The position numbers were made by a program, and so were the translations under genes. Source: an uncultured archaeon (GTDB lineage: Archaea; Asgardarchaeota; Lokiarchaeia; Sigyniarchaeales; SOKP01). Taken from it: a DNA stretch of 64,000 bases. How positions within the stretch are numbered: the first letter of the stretch is position 1; each line of letters begins with the position of its first letter. The stretch spans positions 1 to 64,000 of the forward strand of contig CAZWEM010000009.1 in assembly GCA_964632315.1 (NCBI GenBank), read 5' to 3'. Positions 49,062 through 59,402 of this stretch are shown here, one piece after another. A model generated the notes under the pieces. That model saw nothing but the letters and a program-made list of their open reading frames with translations. It did not search any database and had not been told where the DNA came from.

Positions 49062-50996
49062 TTACTTTTTACCTCCTTTGGTAGTTGCAGGTTTTAACTT
49101 ACCTATCACGAAGTCTAACCCTAACCTCTTCAATGTGTCATCAGTTGGAATGCCAGTCTCCTTATCCCAGCCTCTTGCTTCATAATAACCACTCAATAAC
49201 GTCTGAAAACCATCTTCTTTGAGAGTGACTCCCTTGGCTGGACCTTTTGTATGTGCATCCTTAAAGAATTTCTCGGGTGGATGATCATCTGCTCTTGTCC
49301 ATCCTTCACGAATGTTGAAACACTTAGAGAGATTAACAATCGCTTCACCTCTGGTTAAAATGGATTCATCTGTTACTGGAATTCCAGTGACTAATTCATA
49401 TACTTTTGCCATTTCCGCATCATTTTCATAAATTCCACGAGTAAATTTACAGACAATATAGGAATCAATTATGGCATACACGTCTTCAAGCTCTTTGATT
49501 GCCTTCCCGCGCTCCAATGGCTTGTCATAACCGAATCTGTCGAATTTTCCCTTAGCATCCAAACCATATGCACCATTTCTTAAGTGACAAGCCCCACGAA
49601 TAGATACACTTTCTCCAACTGCAAATGATGACATGCCATGAAGATCAAAAGCTGGCATTTCTAAACCTTTGATATGCATTCCATAATAACTTGCATTTTT
49701 TTTACCCATTTCTTCTAGCCGTAATCCAGCCTGTTTACATCCATCACCAAACACCTCACCGGCAAATCCTTTCCCTAAGATCATCTCTTCTGTAAAACGA
49801 ACAAGATTAGTCGTGCTTCCAAATGGAAGTTCATATCCTAAGTCTTTCTTGGTGATTAGCCCCTCTTCGTAGAGCTCACATGCCATTGAGGCCGTAACGC
49901 CACCACTAATGGCATCTATGCCCAAATCATCGCAAAGTGCGACGCATTTGAACACTGTAGGCCAATCCTTACAGCCAGTATTAGATCCAAATGAATAACA
50001 CATTTCGACATCGATTGATGCGTATAGGTTTGGATATTCAGGATGCGTTTTTGGTACTTTAGCGATATGATCACATGCGATTGAACATTGAGAACATGCA
50101 ACTTTTTTCACGATCCAATCTTGATTTAATGTATCGCCTGTAAATGCACCATTGTCAATTTCTTCCCATGTACCTTCTCTATAATTCATCGTTGGGAACA
50201 TTCCAAGCTTATTATAGCTTGTTATACCCGCAGGAGTACCAAGATCCCGATATTTAGCTGTGGCAGGTCCATTTGCCACTTTTATCAGTTTTTTGGCGAT
50301 TTTATAAAATTCAGCAGGCTGAGCGACTTTAACACCCTTGGTTCCTCGAAAACAGACAGCTTTTAAATTCTTAGAGCCCATAACGGCTCCCATTCCCGTT
50401 CTTCCAGCTTGCCTATTTCGATCGTTGGTGATACAACCCATTCGACTCATTTTTTCACCAGCAGGGCCTATTGACATGACAGCTAAACGATGATCTTGAA
50501 ATTCTTCTCTTAAAAGTTCTTCAGTTTCCCAGGTTCCTTTTCCCCAAACCGTTTTTTCACACGGTACCAAATAATAGTCATCGTCATCTATGACCATATA
50601 GACTGGTTCTTCAGCCCTACCTTTAAAAACAACGGTATTGATTCCAGCGCGCCGGGCTTGAGCTCCAACGGAACCAGATGAAATTGCCATCCCAAACATT
50701 CCAGTTAGTGGAGATTTAGCAAATACACCATATTTTGAACTCGTTGGAAGTATTGTTGTTGGGAATGGACCATGAGCATAAACAAACACGTTGTCAGGAC
50801 TTAATGGATCAATACCTGGCTTCAGTTCATCCCAAAGGAGTTTTGCTCCAAAGCCATAACCACCGATCCAGTCACGCATGAACTCTTTGGATAACGTAGT
50901 CTTGTTGATTTTCCCGTTTGTTAAATCAACATCAAGTCGAACTTGACTATACCCTTTTACTTGATCGGGTACGGGAATTTCTTTAGCCTTACTCAT
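49062..50996 (-). CDS. aor: Tungsten-type aldehyde:ferredoxin oxidoreductase
   Basis: KSPLTG, SIGPAGE, AGRTGMGAVMGSKNLKA, CSQCSIAC, CDDLGID, GACH, YYEARGWD. Confidence 0.93.
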   Translation of the reverse strand: MSKAKEIPVPDQVKGYSQVRLDVDLTNGKINKTTLSKEFMRDWIGGYGFGAKLLWDELKPGIDPLSPDNVFVYAHGPFPTTILPTSSKYGVFAKSPLTGMFGMAISSGSVGAQARRAGINTVVFKGRAEEPVYMVIDDDDYYLVPCEKTVWGKGTWETEELLREEFQDHRLAVMSIGPAGEKMSRMGCITNDRNRQAGRTGMGAVMGSKNLKAVCFRGTKGVKVAQPAEFYKIAKKLIKVANGPATAKYRDLGTPAGITSYNKLGMFPTMNYREGTWEEIDNGAFTGDTLNQDWIVKKVACSQCSIACDHIAKVPKTHPEYPNLYASIDVEMCYSFGSNTGCKDWPTVFKCVALCDDLGIDAISGGVTASMACELYEEGLITKKDLGYELPFGSTTNLVRFTEEMILGKGFAGEVFGDGCKQAGLRLEEMGKKNASYYGMHIKGLEMPAFDLHGMSSFAVGESVSIRGACHLRNGAYGLDAKGKFDRFGYDKPLERGKAIKELEDVYAIIDSYIVCKFTRGIYENDAEMAKVYELVTGIPVTDESILTRGEAIVNLSKCFNIREGWTRADDHPPEKFFKDAHTKGPAKGVTLKEDGFQTLLSGYYEARGWDKETGIPTDDTLKRLGLDFVIGKLKPATTKGGKK

Positions 50997-51517
50997 ATTT
51001 CTTCACGTATATCTGTTCAATATTTTTGATTTTTTTTAATTAAACAATTTATTATTATTAATTACTATTTATTAGCTTACCTCTTATATTGAGCAATAAG
51101 AGAGTTTTAATCTTCAACTAATAAATTAATTAAAACTCACTTTAGTTGAAAGATATTTTAACTTGGTTTTTATTCTATTTAAACTATTGATAATCGGATA
51201 ATATGAAAGCTGATAAACAATTAAATTTTAGTGACAGTTATTAAACATGGGTTTAAAGAACCTAAATTATTCTTAGTGTTGGCTCAAATGCCATTCTTAA
51301 AGCAACTTTTATTTTACTGATAAATAAATACCTTCATGTTTTATATCTCTTAAATCTACAAAGAGAAATTTTAACCTTTAAAAACGTGATCAAGTTCTGA
51401 AAAAATGATTGAAAATGTTAAAGGGAAAAAGAAAAACTCCTTTTTTACTATAATCATACTATATAAAAATTTTGTATCTCTATATTTATCAACAATAAAC
51501 ACTTAATTTGATTTATA

Positions 51518-54247
51518 ATGACTGAATCTGGAGAAATCGCAGATCAAAAAAAGGCTAAGAAAAAGATTTCAACTGAATTGTTTAGAGATGTAATTAATTC
51601 TGTGAATTATTGTTATAGTTGTAATCGATGTAACACTTCTTGTCCTGTTTCATTTTTAGGTACATTTTTTCCAAGAAATCTAATAACTGATATAAGTTTC
51701 TCATCAGTTGAAGAAGCACTAGAGAAAAATAATATTTGGAATTGCTTGACTTGTGGACAATGTGTTGAGTATTGTCCAATGTCAAAAGAAGGAACAGGTG
51801 TAAATTTTCTTGATCTCATTTTAAACCTTAGAAGTCTCGTTTCTACTTATGAACCCTTGCAACAAGAAATGAAAAGTTGTCAGCATGATAGAGAATATAC
51901 CAATATTGCCCAAATGATGGCGAATGATGAAATTGAAGTTAATGATAGGCTTGGATTTCTTAGTAGCACTAATCTAAAAATAACAGAAAAAGGTGAGATT
52001 GGATACTTCATGGGTTGTACTCCTTATATGACCTCTATTCCTCCTTGTACAGATGCCTGTCCAGCCGGAGTTGATGTTCAGGGATATGTTGCTTTGATAA
52101 AGGAAGGTAAATTTCAAGAAGCTTTAGATTTGATAAGAGAACGAAATCCTTTACCAATCGTATGTGGTAGAGTATGTACCCATCCCTGTGAAGAAAATTG
52201 TAATCGGGAAGAGATCGACAATCCTATTGCAATACGTGCCCTTAAAAGATTCGTCTCAGATTGGGAAATCCAAAATAAAGGACATTCAAGATTTAAATCT
52301 GTTGATCAGAAAAAGGAGAAGGTTGCTATTATTGGTGCAGGACCTGCAGGTTTGTCAGCAGCATTTTATCTGGCATTAAAAGGCTATAGACCAACAATAT
52401 TTGAAGAATCGGCTTTTAAAGGAGGTAAATTAAGAAGTGGGATTCCTGAATATCGCTTACCTCAAGAAGTTTTGGATTATGAAATTGAGTTTATTGAAAA
52501 AATGGGAGTGGAAATAAGGACTAATACACCAATTGGTCCGAACCTGACTTTTAGTGATCTTAAAAAACAAGGTTATAAAGCGATTTTTATAGGAGTTGGA
52601 TTAGGTGAAAGTCGTGGTATGGGAATAGAAGGAGAAGATTTAGATGATGTTATTCATGGTTTACAATTTTTAGAAGATGTAAATATTAATAACAAATCTT
52701 ACGATTTTAAAGGCAAGGTTATCGGCGTTGTAGGTGGAGGAAATGTAGCCATTGACTCCGCCCGCACTGCTTTAAGATTAGGTGCTAAAAAAGTAATGGT
52801 AATTTACAGGAGATCTGAAAATGAAATGCCTGCTTTAAACGAGGAAGTTGAAGATGCTAAACGTGAAGGCATTGAATTCCAATTTTTAACTAATCCAATT
52901 CATTTGATTAGTGGAGAATCGGGTAGTTGTGAGGAAGCAGAATGCATTCAAATGGAATTAGGTGAACCTGACGCTTCGGGGAGAAGAAGACCTGTTGAAA
53001 TCGAAGGTTCTCAATTCAAAATTAAAATAGATGCAATTATCCTCGCAATCGGTCAAATTGCCAATTTTAAACTTATCAAAGCTGCAGAAGATGAATTAGA
53101 GATTGATAAGCGGGGGCATATAAAATATGATAAACAAACTTTAGAAACTAATATTCCAGGAGTCTTTGCTGGAGGAGATATATTGGCGCAAAAAGGAATT
53201 GCTATCAATGCCATCGCTAATGGATATGAAGTAGCAATATCAATTGATCGATACTTAAGAGGTCAAGATCTAAGAAAAGATAGAGTTAATAGAGCTGATT
53301 TTAAAATATCCCCAATTCCGAAAAAGAGAATTAATGAAAAAGCGAGAAATAACATGCAAGAATTAAGCATTGAAAAAAGAGTCAGCTCTTTTGATGAGGT
53401 AGAGCAAGGATTAACTGAAGCAATTGCAATCACAGAAGCAAATCGCTGTTTAAACTGTGCAAGTTGCAACAATATCGATCAGCGTATTAACGATCCCACA
53501 GGAAAAGTAAACTACGGTAAAAATCCCACTGTCCCTCTTTATAAAACTCTTGATTATTTAGAAATTCCAAAAACCGTTATTGGACTACTCAACCATAAAG
53601 AAATAACTCCAGTAGTTTTAAGAGAAGAGAAATGTTGTGGACATGACAGTTTGTGGAAAGGAGATGTAGAAACTTTCGAGAAGTTAGCAAAACATAATGT
53701 AAGAATCTATAAAGAAGCGGGGGTTAAAACCTTAGTTTTTAGTTGCGCGGAAGGATACTATACTTGGAAATATAAATATCCAGAGCTATTTGAAGATGAT
53801 TCAGAATTTGATTTTGATATATATCATATTTCAGAATACATTTTAAAAGAAAATTTACTGGATGGTTTAAAATTTCCAGTTACAAATAAATTAAAAGTAA
53901 CTTATCATGATGCGTGCCGTTTAGGAAGATTTAGTAAAATTTACGACCAACCAAGAGAAGTAATACAGTCCATACCATTCGTTCAGCTAATCGAAATGGA
54001 GAATATCAGAGAAGATGCCTTATGTTGTGGAGTAAATGCCTATATAAGTTGTAATGAATATTCGAAAACGCTTCAAAGAGATAGGATTCTAGAAGCAATA
54101 GAAACTGGAGCTGACTACTTAATAGTGAGTTGCCCAAAATGTTTAACTCACTTTAATTGTTACCTAGATGAGCACCCTGAATTAAAAGAAAAAATTAAAG
54201 TTATTGATCTTACTACTTTTCTAGGAAAATTACTCTTTCTTAATTAA
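51518..54247 (+). CDS. HdrD-like (Fe-S + CCG) protein with an inserted GltD/NfnB-like FAD/NAD(P) module
   Basis: CYSCNRCNTSCP, CLTCGQCVEYCP; YFMGC; PCTDACP...CGRVCTHPCE, GAGPAG, GGGNVAID; EKCCG, YHDAC, LCCG, SCPKC. Confidence 0.85.
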   Translation: MTESGEIADQKKAKKKISTELFRDVINSVNYCYSCNRCNTSCPVSFLGTFFPRNLITDISFSSVEEALEKNNIWNCLTCGQCVEYCPMSKEGTGVNFLDLILNLRSLVSTYEPLQQEMKSCQHDREYTNIAQMMANDEIEVNDRLGFLSSTNLKITEKGEIGYFMGCTPYMTSIPPCTDACPAGVDVQGYVALIKEGKFQEALDLIRERNPLPIVCGRVCTHPCEENCNREEIDNPIAIRALKRFVSDWEIQNKGHSRFKSVDQKKEKVAIIGAGPAGLSAAFYLALKGYRPTIFEESAFKGGKLRSGIPEYRLPQEVLDYEIEFIEKMGVEIRTNTPIGPNLTFSDLKKQGYKAIFIGVGLGESRGMGIEGEDLDDVIHGLQFLEDVNINNKSYDFKGKVIGVVGGGNVAIDSARTALRLGAKKVMVIYRRSENEMPALNEEVEDAKREGIEFQFLTNPIHLISGESGSCEEAECIQMELGEPDASGRRRPVEIEGSQFKIKIDAIILAIGQIANFKLIKAAEDELEIDKRGHIKYDKQTLETNIPGVFAGGDILAQKGIAINAIANGYEVAISIDRYLRGQDLRKDRVNRADFKISPIPKKRINEKARNNMQELSIEKRVSSFDEVEQGLTEAIAITEANRCLNCASCNNIDQRINDPTGKVNYGKNPTVPLYKTLDYLEIPKTVIGLLNHKEITPVVLREEKCCGHDSLWKGDVETFEKLAKHNVRIYKEAGVKTLVFSCAEGYYTWKYKYPELFEDDSEFDFDIYHISEYILKENLLDGLKFPVTNKLKVTYHDACRLGRFSKIYDQPREVIQSIPFVQLIEMENIREDALCCGVNAYISCNEYSKTLQRDRILEAIETGADYLIVSCPKCLTHFNCYLDEHPELKEKIKVIDLTTFLGKLLFLN

Positions 54248-54396
54248 AGGTTTTATAAATTTCTTGATTAAAAAAATTATTTTCTTTTTACAATGCTTTA
54301 CATTTTTATAATAATCAATTTAAAAATAAGTGCTTAATTTAGATTGCTTGGATATAAACATTTTAATAACAATAATTAAAATCACGTTGTTCAAGA

Positions 54397-55281
54397 ATGG
54401 CATATAAGATATTAGAGAAAAAAGAACTTGGTAGAAGTGGCATATTAATTGAAATGGTTCTACATACTCCACTGATAGCTCGAAAAGCACGTGCTGGAAA
54501 TTTTATCTTATTAAGAATAAATGAAACTGGAGAAAGGTTCCCATTAACTATAGCAGATTATGATAGAATTAAAGGAACGATAACCATTGTGTTCCAAGTT
54601 GTGGGGAAAAGTACAAAACTTTTATCAAACCAAAACATTGGAGATGAAATCCTTGATGTGGTTGGTCCTTTAGGGAATCCAATACACATTCAGAAATATG
54701 ACTATCCCGTAGTTCTTATTGGGGGTGGTGTAGGAATCGCACCTATATATCCTCAAGCCAAAGAATTGAAAGAAGCAGGAAACACAATAATTTCGATTAT
54801 GGGCGCTAGAAATACAGATTTATTGTTCTGGCGTGACAAAATGCGAAGCGTGAGTGATCAGTTAATCATATGCACCGATGATGGAACTGAAGGCATTAAA
54901 GGAGTGGTGACTGAGCCATTAAAAGAAATTATCATACATCAGAAAATAAGTATAGTGATTGCTATCGGACCATTAATAATGATGAAATATGTGTCCCTTA
55001 CCACGGATGGGAAAGGAGATTTACCCAAGGTCAAAACTTATGCATCCTTAAACACTATCATGATTGATGGAACTGGAATGTGTGGAGGGTGTAGGTTTAC
55101 CACATTAGATGGTGATGTTTATTATGCGTGTGTAGATGGTCCAGATGTTGATGCTCATGCGGTTGATTTCGATAACTTGTTAAATCGATCAAGAAGATTC
55201 ATTGATCTTGAAAAAGAATCCTTGGAGAAATATGATCACGAATGTAAAGCAATGAATAAATTTAAGAGCGAGGTTCAATAA
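54397..55281 (+). CDS. nfnA: NfnA/SudB-like FAD/NAD-binding [2Fe-2S] subunit
   Basis: GERFPLTIAD, IGGGVGIAP, SLNTIMIDGTGMCGGCR, ACVDGP. Confidence 0.88.
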   Translation: MAYKILEKKELGRSGILIEMVLHTPLIARKARAGNFILLRINETGERFPLTIADYDRIKGTITIVFQVVGKSTKLLSNQNIGDEILDVVGPLGNPIHIQKYDYPVVLIGGGVGIAPIYPQAKELKEAGNTIISIMGARNTDLLFWRDKMRSVSDQLIICTDDGTEGIKGVVTEPLKEIIIHQKISIVIAIGPLIMMKYVSLTTDGKGDLPKVKTYASLNTIMIDGTGMCGGCRFTTLDGDVYYACVDGPDVDAHAVDFDNLLNRSRRFIDLEKESLEKYDHECKAMNKFKSEVQ

Positions 55282-55282
55282 G

Positions 55283-58000
55283 ATGGAAATTCAATCCCCT
55301 TTAATTAACGTACTAAAAGAAAATGAAAACAAAATCTTAGAGAGAGGAAAATATAATAAAAGTCAGTACGATTTTTTAATTCATTCCTTAACTGAGGCAG
55401 AAAAGACGAGAATTCTAATACTCGAGAAAATCAAGGAATTAGGAAAGATTGATTATGATAAAATCCAAGCGGATTTAGGATTATCAAGTGATATATTAAA
55501 TATTAGCATCGATTATCTCAGGGAATTAGGATTATTAGCATTTCTTGGTGAACATCCTAGATTCTTCAAAGAAATAATCGAAAACTCAGACCATCCAGGA
55601 TTATTTCCAAGTACTAAATTGATAAAAGATAAAAATCTGTGTTGTGGCTGTGGATTATGCGTAGCTATCTGTCCTGTTAATGCCATAGATTATTTGGAAG
55701 GCACATTTGAAATTGATGAAGAGGTGTGTATGAATTGTGGATTGTGTTTTTCGGCTTGTCCAAGATCTTTTTTTCCAAGCCAATTAAACAAATTAAATGA
55801 TGAGGATGTTGAAATCCAATTCACAGATGAATTAAAATATTATCGTCAACTCTGTACAGCCCAAACTACGGAAGATAGGATAAGAAATGTTGCCCAAGAT
55901 GGTGGAATAGTAACAACCATGCTTAAAACTGCATTTAAAGAAGGGTATATTGATGGTACTTTTGCTGTTACCTTAGGAGATCAACCATTAAAACCCTTGC
56001 CAGTTTTTGTTGAAAATGAGGAAGAACTGCTAAAAACAGCTGGAACAAAATACACCAACGTCCCTTTACTCAAGATATTTTATGATGCTAAAGATCACAA
56101 GCGAATTGCCGTTGTAGGAACACCTTGCATAATGAAAGCTTTAAAAAAGATTTCAATGCTCCCTCTTAATAGGCCTTTCTTCGATAATATTGCCCTTAAA
56201 ATCGGTGTTTTTTGCATGGAAAGTTTTGATTATGATAAAATCGTGGAACTATTAAAAAATGAGTTTCACGTTTATCCTTCAGATATCAAGAAGATGGATA
56301 TCAATAAAGGTTCATTTATAATTTATGATCAAGAAAGTAATATTTCAAAAATTCCGATTAAAAGAATTAAAAAGTATGGAAGATTTGGATGCTTTTTCTG
56401 TGATGATTTGACTGCAGAACATGCGGATATTTCTGTAGGATCGATAGGCTCAGAACCGGGATGGTCAACTGTCATTATTCGTACCAAGAAAGGTGCAGAT
56501 TTTTGTCAGAAAGCTTTTGATATGAATTTGATTAGGAAACAAGAAATTCGAGCAGGTGATAAGAATTTTAAGAGTTTAAGTAGAATTTCCAAATCTAAAC
56601 ACAAGAGATACATCGAACAACAGAGAGTAAAAATGATTGAACAAGAACCGAGTGAAAGAATCACTAATTTTGAAGAAGTACCCCATGGATTAAGTGATGA
56701 GATGATGAAACAAGAAGCTCAGAGATGTTTACAATGCGGTTTGCCATTGTGTGTTACTGGATGTCCAGTAAACATTAGAATTCCTGAATTTATAAAACTT
56801 TTAAGGGAAGGAAAGCAAATTGAAGCACTTTACAAAATAAAATCTAGTAACCTATTACCTGCTATATGTGGGCGAGTATGTCCACAAGAAGTACAATGCG
56901 AAAACTCGTGTTTGCTTGGATCCCTTGGAGAACCAATCGCAATTGGGTATTTAGAACGATATATCGCAGATTGGGAACGTAAAAACCAATTAAAGGAATG
57001 TCCAGAATGTAAACCTCCCAACGGAATTAAAGTTGCAGTGATAGGATCCGGACCTGCTGGATTATCATGTGCAGGAGAATTAGCAATGAGAGGTTATGAC
57101 GTGACAATATTCGAAGCTTTTCATGCCGGTGGAGGAGTTTTATCATATGGAATCCCTGAATTTCGTTTACCGAAAGAGATCGTAAAAGAAGAAATTGAAA
57201 CCCTTAAGATGCTTGATGTAAAAGTAAACTATAATGCAATCATTGGGAAGACATTAACGATTGAGGATCTCAATGAAATGGGATTTAAAGCTTATTTTAT
57301 CGGTGTTGGTGCAGGTCTTCCCGCATTTTTAAATATATCCGGGTTAAATCTAAATGGAGTTTTATCAGCCAATGAATTTTTAACACGATCCAATCTTATG
57401 AAAGCATATAGATTTCCCGAATATGATACCCCTATCAAAATTGGAAAAATCGTAACAGTAATCGGTGGAGGAAATGTAGCTTTAGATTCTGCAAGAACTG
57501 CTTTAAGATTAGGTGCTGAAAAAGCTGTAATTGTATATAGAAGATCTGAAGCAGAAATGCCTGCCAGAAGAGAAGAATATCATCATGCTGTCGAGGAGGG
57601 AGTAGAATTTCAATTTTTAACTAATCCCGTGAGATTTGTTGGAGATGAAAATGGGAACGTGACGAAAATGGAAGTGGTGAAAATGAGATTAGGAGAACCG
57701 GATGATTCAGGGCGTAGACGTCCAATTGCGATTGAAAATTCAGAATACTTCATAAAGACAGACACAATAATAGTCGCAGTAGGAACAAAAGCAAATCCTG
57801 TTCTAACTAAATCGATTCCTGAATTAAATGTGAATAAGTGGGGTTACATCCAAACTAATGAAGATGGGCAGACAAATATCGAAAATATCTTCGCTGGAGG
57901 AGATATTGTCACGGGAAGTGCCACGGTAATATCAGCTATGGGTGCTGGAAAGAAAGCAGCTAAAGCAATAGATGAATATTTACAAAAAAAAATTAACTGA
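55283..58000 (+). CDS. Fusion: HTH-like N-terminus + ferredoxin + FrhB (F420-binding) domain + NfnB/SudA (GltD-like) domain
   Basis: CCGCGLCVAICP, CMNCGLCFSACP; AQDGGIVT, AGTKY, VGTPC, GVFCMESF, ADISVGSIGS; RCLQC...CVTGCPV, CGRVCPQEVQCE, GSGPAG, GGGNVALD, FAGGDIVTG. Confidence 0.88.
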   Translation: MEIQSPLINVLKENENKILERGKYNKSQYDFLIHSLTEAEKTRILILEKIKELGKIDYDKIQADLGLSSDILNISIDYLRELGLLAFLGEHPRFFKEIIENSDHPGLFPSTKLIKDKNLCCGCGLCVAICPVNAIDYLEGTFEIDEEVCMNCGLCFSACPRSFFPSQLNKLNDEDVEIQFTDELKYYRQLCTAQTTEDRIRNVAQDGGIVTTMLKTAFKEGYIDGTFAVTLGDQPLKPLPVFVENEEELLKTAGTKYTNVPLLKIFYDAKDHKRIAVVGTPCIMKALKKISMLPLNRPFFDNIALKIGVFCMESFDYDKIVELLKNEFHVYPSDIKKMDINKGSFIIYDQESNISKIPIKRIKKYGRFGCFFCDDLTAEHADISVGSIGSEPGWSTVIIRTKKGADFCQKAFDMNLIRKQEIRAGDKNFKSLSRISKSKHKRYIEQQRVKMIEQEPSERITNFEEVPHGLSDEMMKQEAQRCLQCGLPLCVTGCPVNIRIPEFIKLLREGKQIEALYKIKSSNLLPAICGRVCPQEVQCENSCLLGSLGEPIAIGYLERYIADWERKNQLKECPECKPPNGIKVAVIGSGPAGLSCAGELAMRGYDVTIFEAFHAGGGVLSYGIPEFRLPKEIVKEEIETLKMLDVKVNYNAIIGKTLTIEDLNEMGFKAYFIGVGAGLPAFLNISGLNLNGVLSANEFLTRSNLMKAYRFPEYDTPIKIGKIVTVIGGGNVALDSARTALRLGAEKAVIVYRRSEAEMPARREEYHHAVEEGVEFQFLTNPVRFVGDENGNVTKMEVVKMRLGEPDDSGRRRPIAIENSEYFIKTDTIIVAVGTKANPVLTKSIPELNVNKWGYIQTNEDGQTNIENIFAGGDIVTGSATVISAMGAGKKAAKAIDEYLQKKIN

Positions 58001-58114
58001 GAAAGGAATATAGAAGCATTCTTGTGAAATTTCTTTATTTTTTTAGAAAGAAGATTTATCAAAAATAAAGCCCTAACGTTACTTGTAATAGTTAATCTTA
58101 ATGAGAAGTCTCGA

Positions 58115-59236
58115 ATGAAAAAGCATAAACATACTCTTCAGGAAAAAATGGGACCATCACTCGGTACTTCGGTACGAAATTGGAGTAAGATGGTGATTTC
58201 AAATCGTTCCTTTTCTTTAAGATATTTTCCTAGAATTTTCTTTGTAGATTTTCTTAGTTCTATTGGAATTCCTTTCAGGATTTATGAAAGGTGGAGATAC
58301 GATAAATTAATCGATAAAATTGAGATTAAAAAGGCCCCAATCTTCATATTGGGCCACTGGAGAAGTGGAACTACTCATCTGCATAATTTATTATGCCAAG
58401 ATCCTCAATTTGGGTTCGTAACAATGTTAGAAGCAATGTTTCCCAATGCTTTCTTAGAAAATCCTTTATTCAAATTCTTTATGCGTGTATTTCTGCCGAA
58501 AAAGAGACCCATGGATAACATGGAGATGGGACTTGAAAAAGCTCAAGAGGAAGAGATGGCACTTTCCAACTTATTTCCATATACTTTCTATAATGGTTTT
58601 TACTTCCCAAAAAAGCTCAGGGAATTTTATTTCAAATACATAAGATTTGAAAATCTTCCTAAAAAAATACAGGAAAAGTGGATAGATATCTATAATTACC
58701 TCCTGAGAAAGACTACTTGGAACATGCATGGTAAACAGTTAATCTTGAAAAATCCTGCAAATACGGGAAGAATAAAATTTCTTTTGAAATTGTTCCCAGA
58801 TGCTAAATTCATACATATTTATAGGAATCCATTTGTCGTCTTTGCATCGACGAAGCGTTTTTATCAGAAAACAGTTGATGCATTTAAGTTGCAAAGAATT
58901 TCTGATGAAGAAATTGAAGGAGATATTCTCTGGATATATAAAAATATGATGAAAACTTATTTTAAAGAGAGAGAGTTGATTCCAAAAGAAAATTTAATTG
59001 AAGTAAAGTTTGAAGATTTGGAAACACAACCTCTTGTCGAGTTAGAAAAAATATATAAAAATTTGAGAATTGACGGTTTTAATAAAGCTGTTCCATTATT
59101 TTGTTCTTATTTAGATAGTCAGCATAGCTATAAGAAAAATCTTTACAAATTTTCTCGAAGAATGATTGAAAAGGTAAAATCATATTGGAGATTCACGATA
59201 GACAGATGGAAATATGATTCTCCTGAAAGCGATTAA
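58115..59236 (+). CDS. PAPS-dependent sulfotransferase
   Basis: PIFILGHWRSGTTHLHNLL, LKNP, FIHIYRNP. Confidence 0.88.
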   Translation: MKKHKHTLQEKMGPSLGTSVRNWSKMVISNRSFSLRYFPRIFFVDFLSSIGIPFRIYERWRYDKLIDKIEIKKAPIFILGHWRSGTTHLHNLLCQDPQFGFVTMLEAMFPNAFLENPLFKFFMRVFLPKKRPMDNMEMGLEKAQEEEMALSNLFPYTFYNGFYFPKKLREFYFKYIRFENLPKKIQEKWIDIYNYLLRKTTWNMHGKQLILKNPANTGRIKFLLKLFPDAKFIHIYRNPFVVFASTKRFYQKTVDAFKLQRISDEEIEGDILWIYKNMMKTYFKERELIPKENLIEVKFEDLETQPLVELEKIYKNLRIDGFNKAVPLFCSYLDSQHSYKKNLYKFSRRMIEKVKSYWRFTIDRWKYDSPESD

Positions 59237-59402
59237 GCTTTTTTCATTGAAAAAAAGTCAATAAAGACTAAATTTCTATTCTTCCCTACATAGGTACGTT
59301 TAATTTTTTCTATTATTTCCACTTTTGCAGCGCTTAGAGTTTAAAAAGACAAAACTTATACTTTTTACTTCATTTAGTAAAGATATAGAGAAAAATAGTC
59401 TT

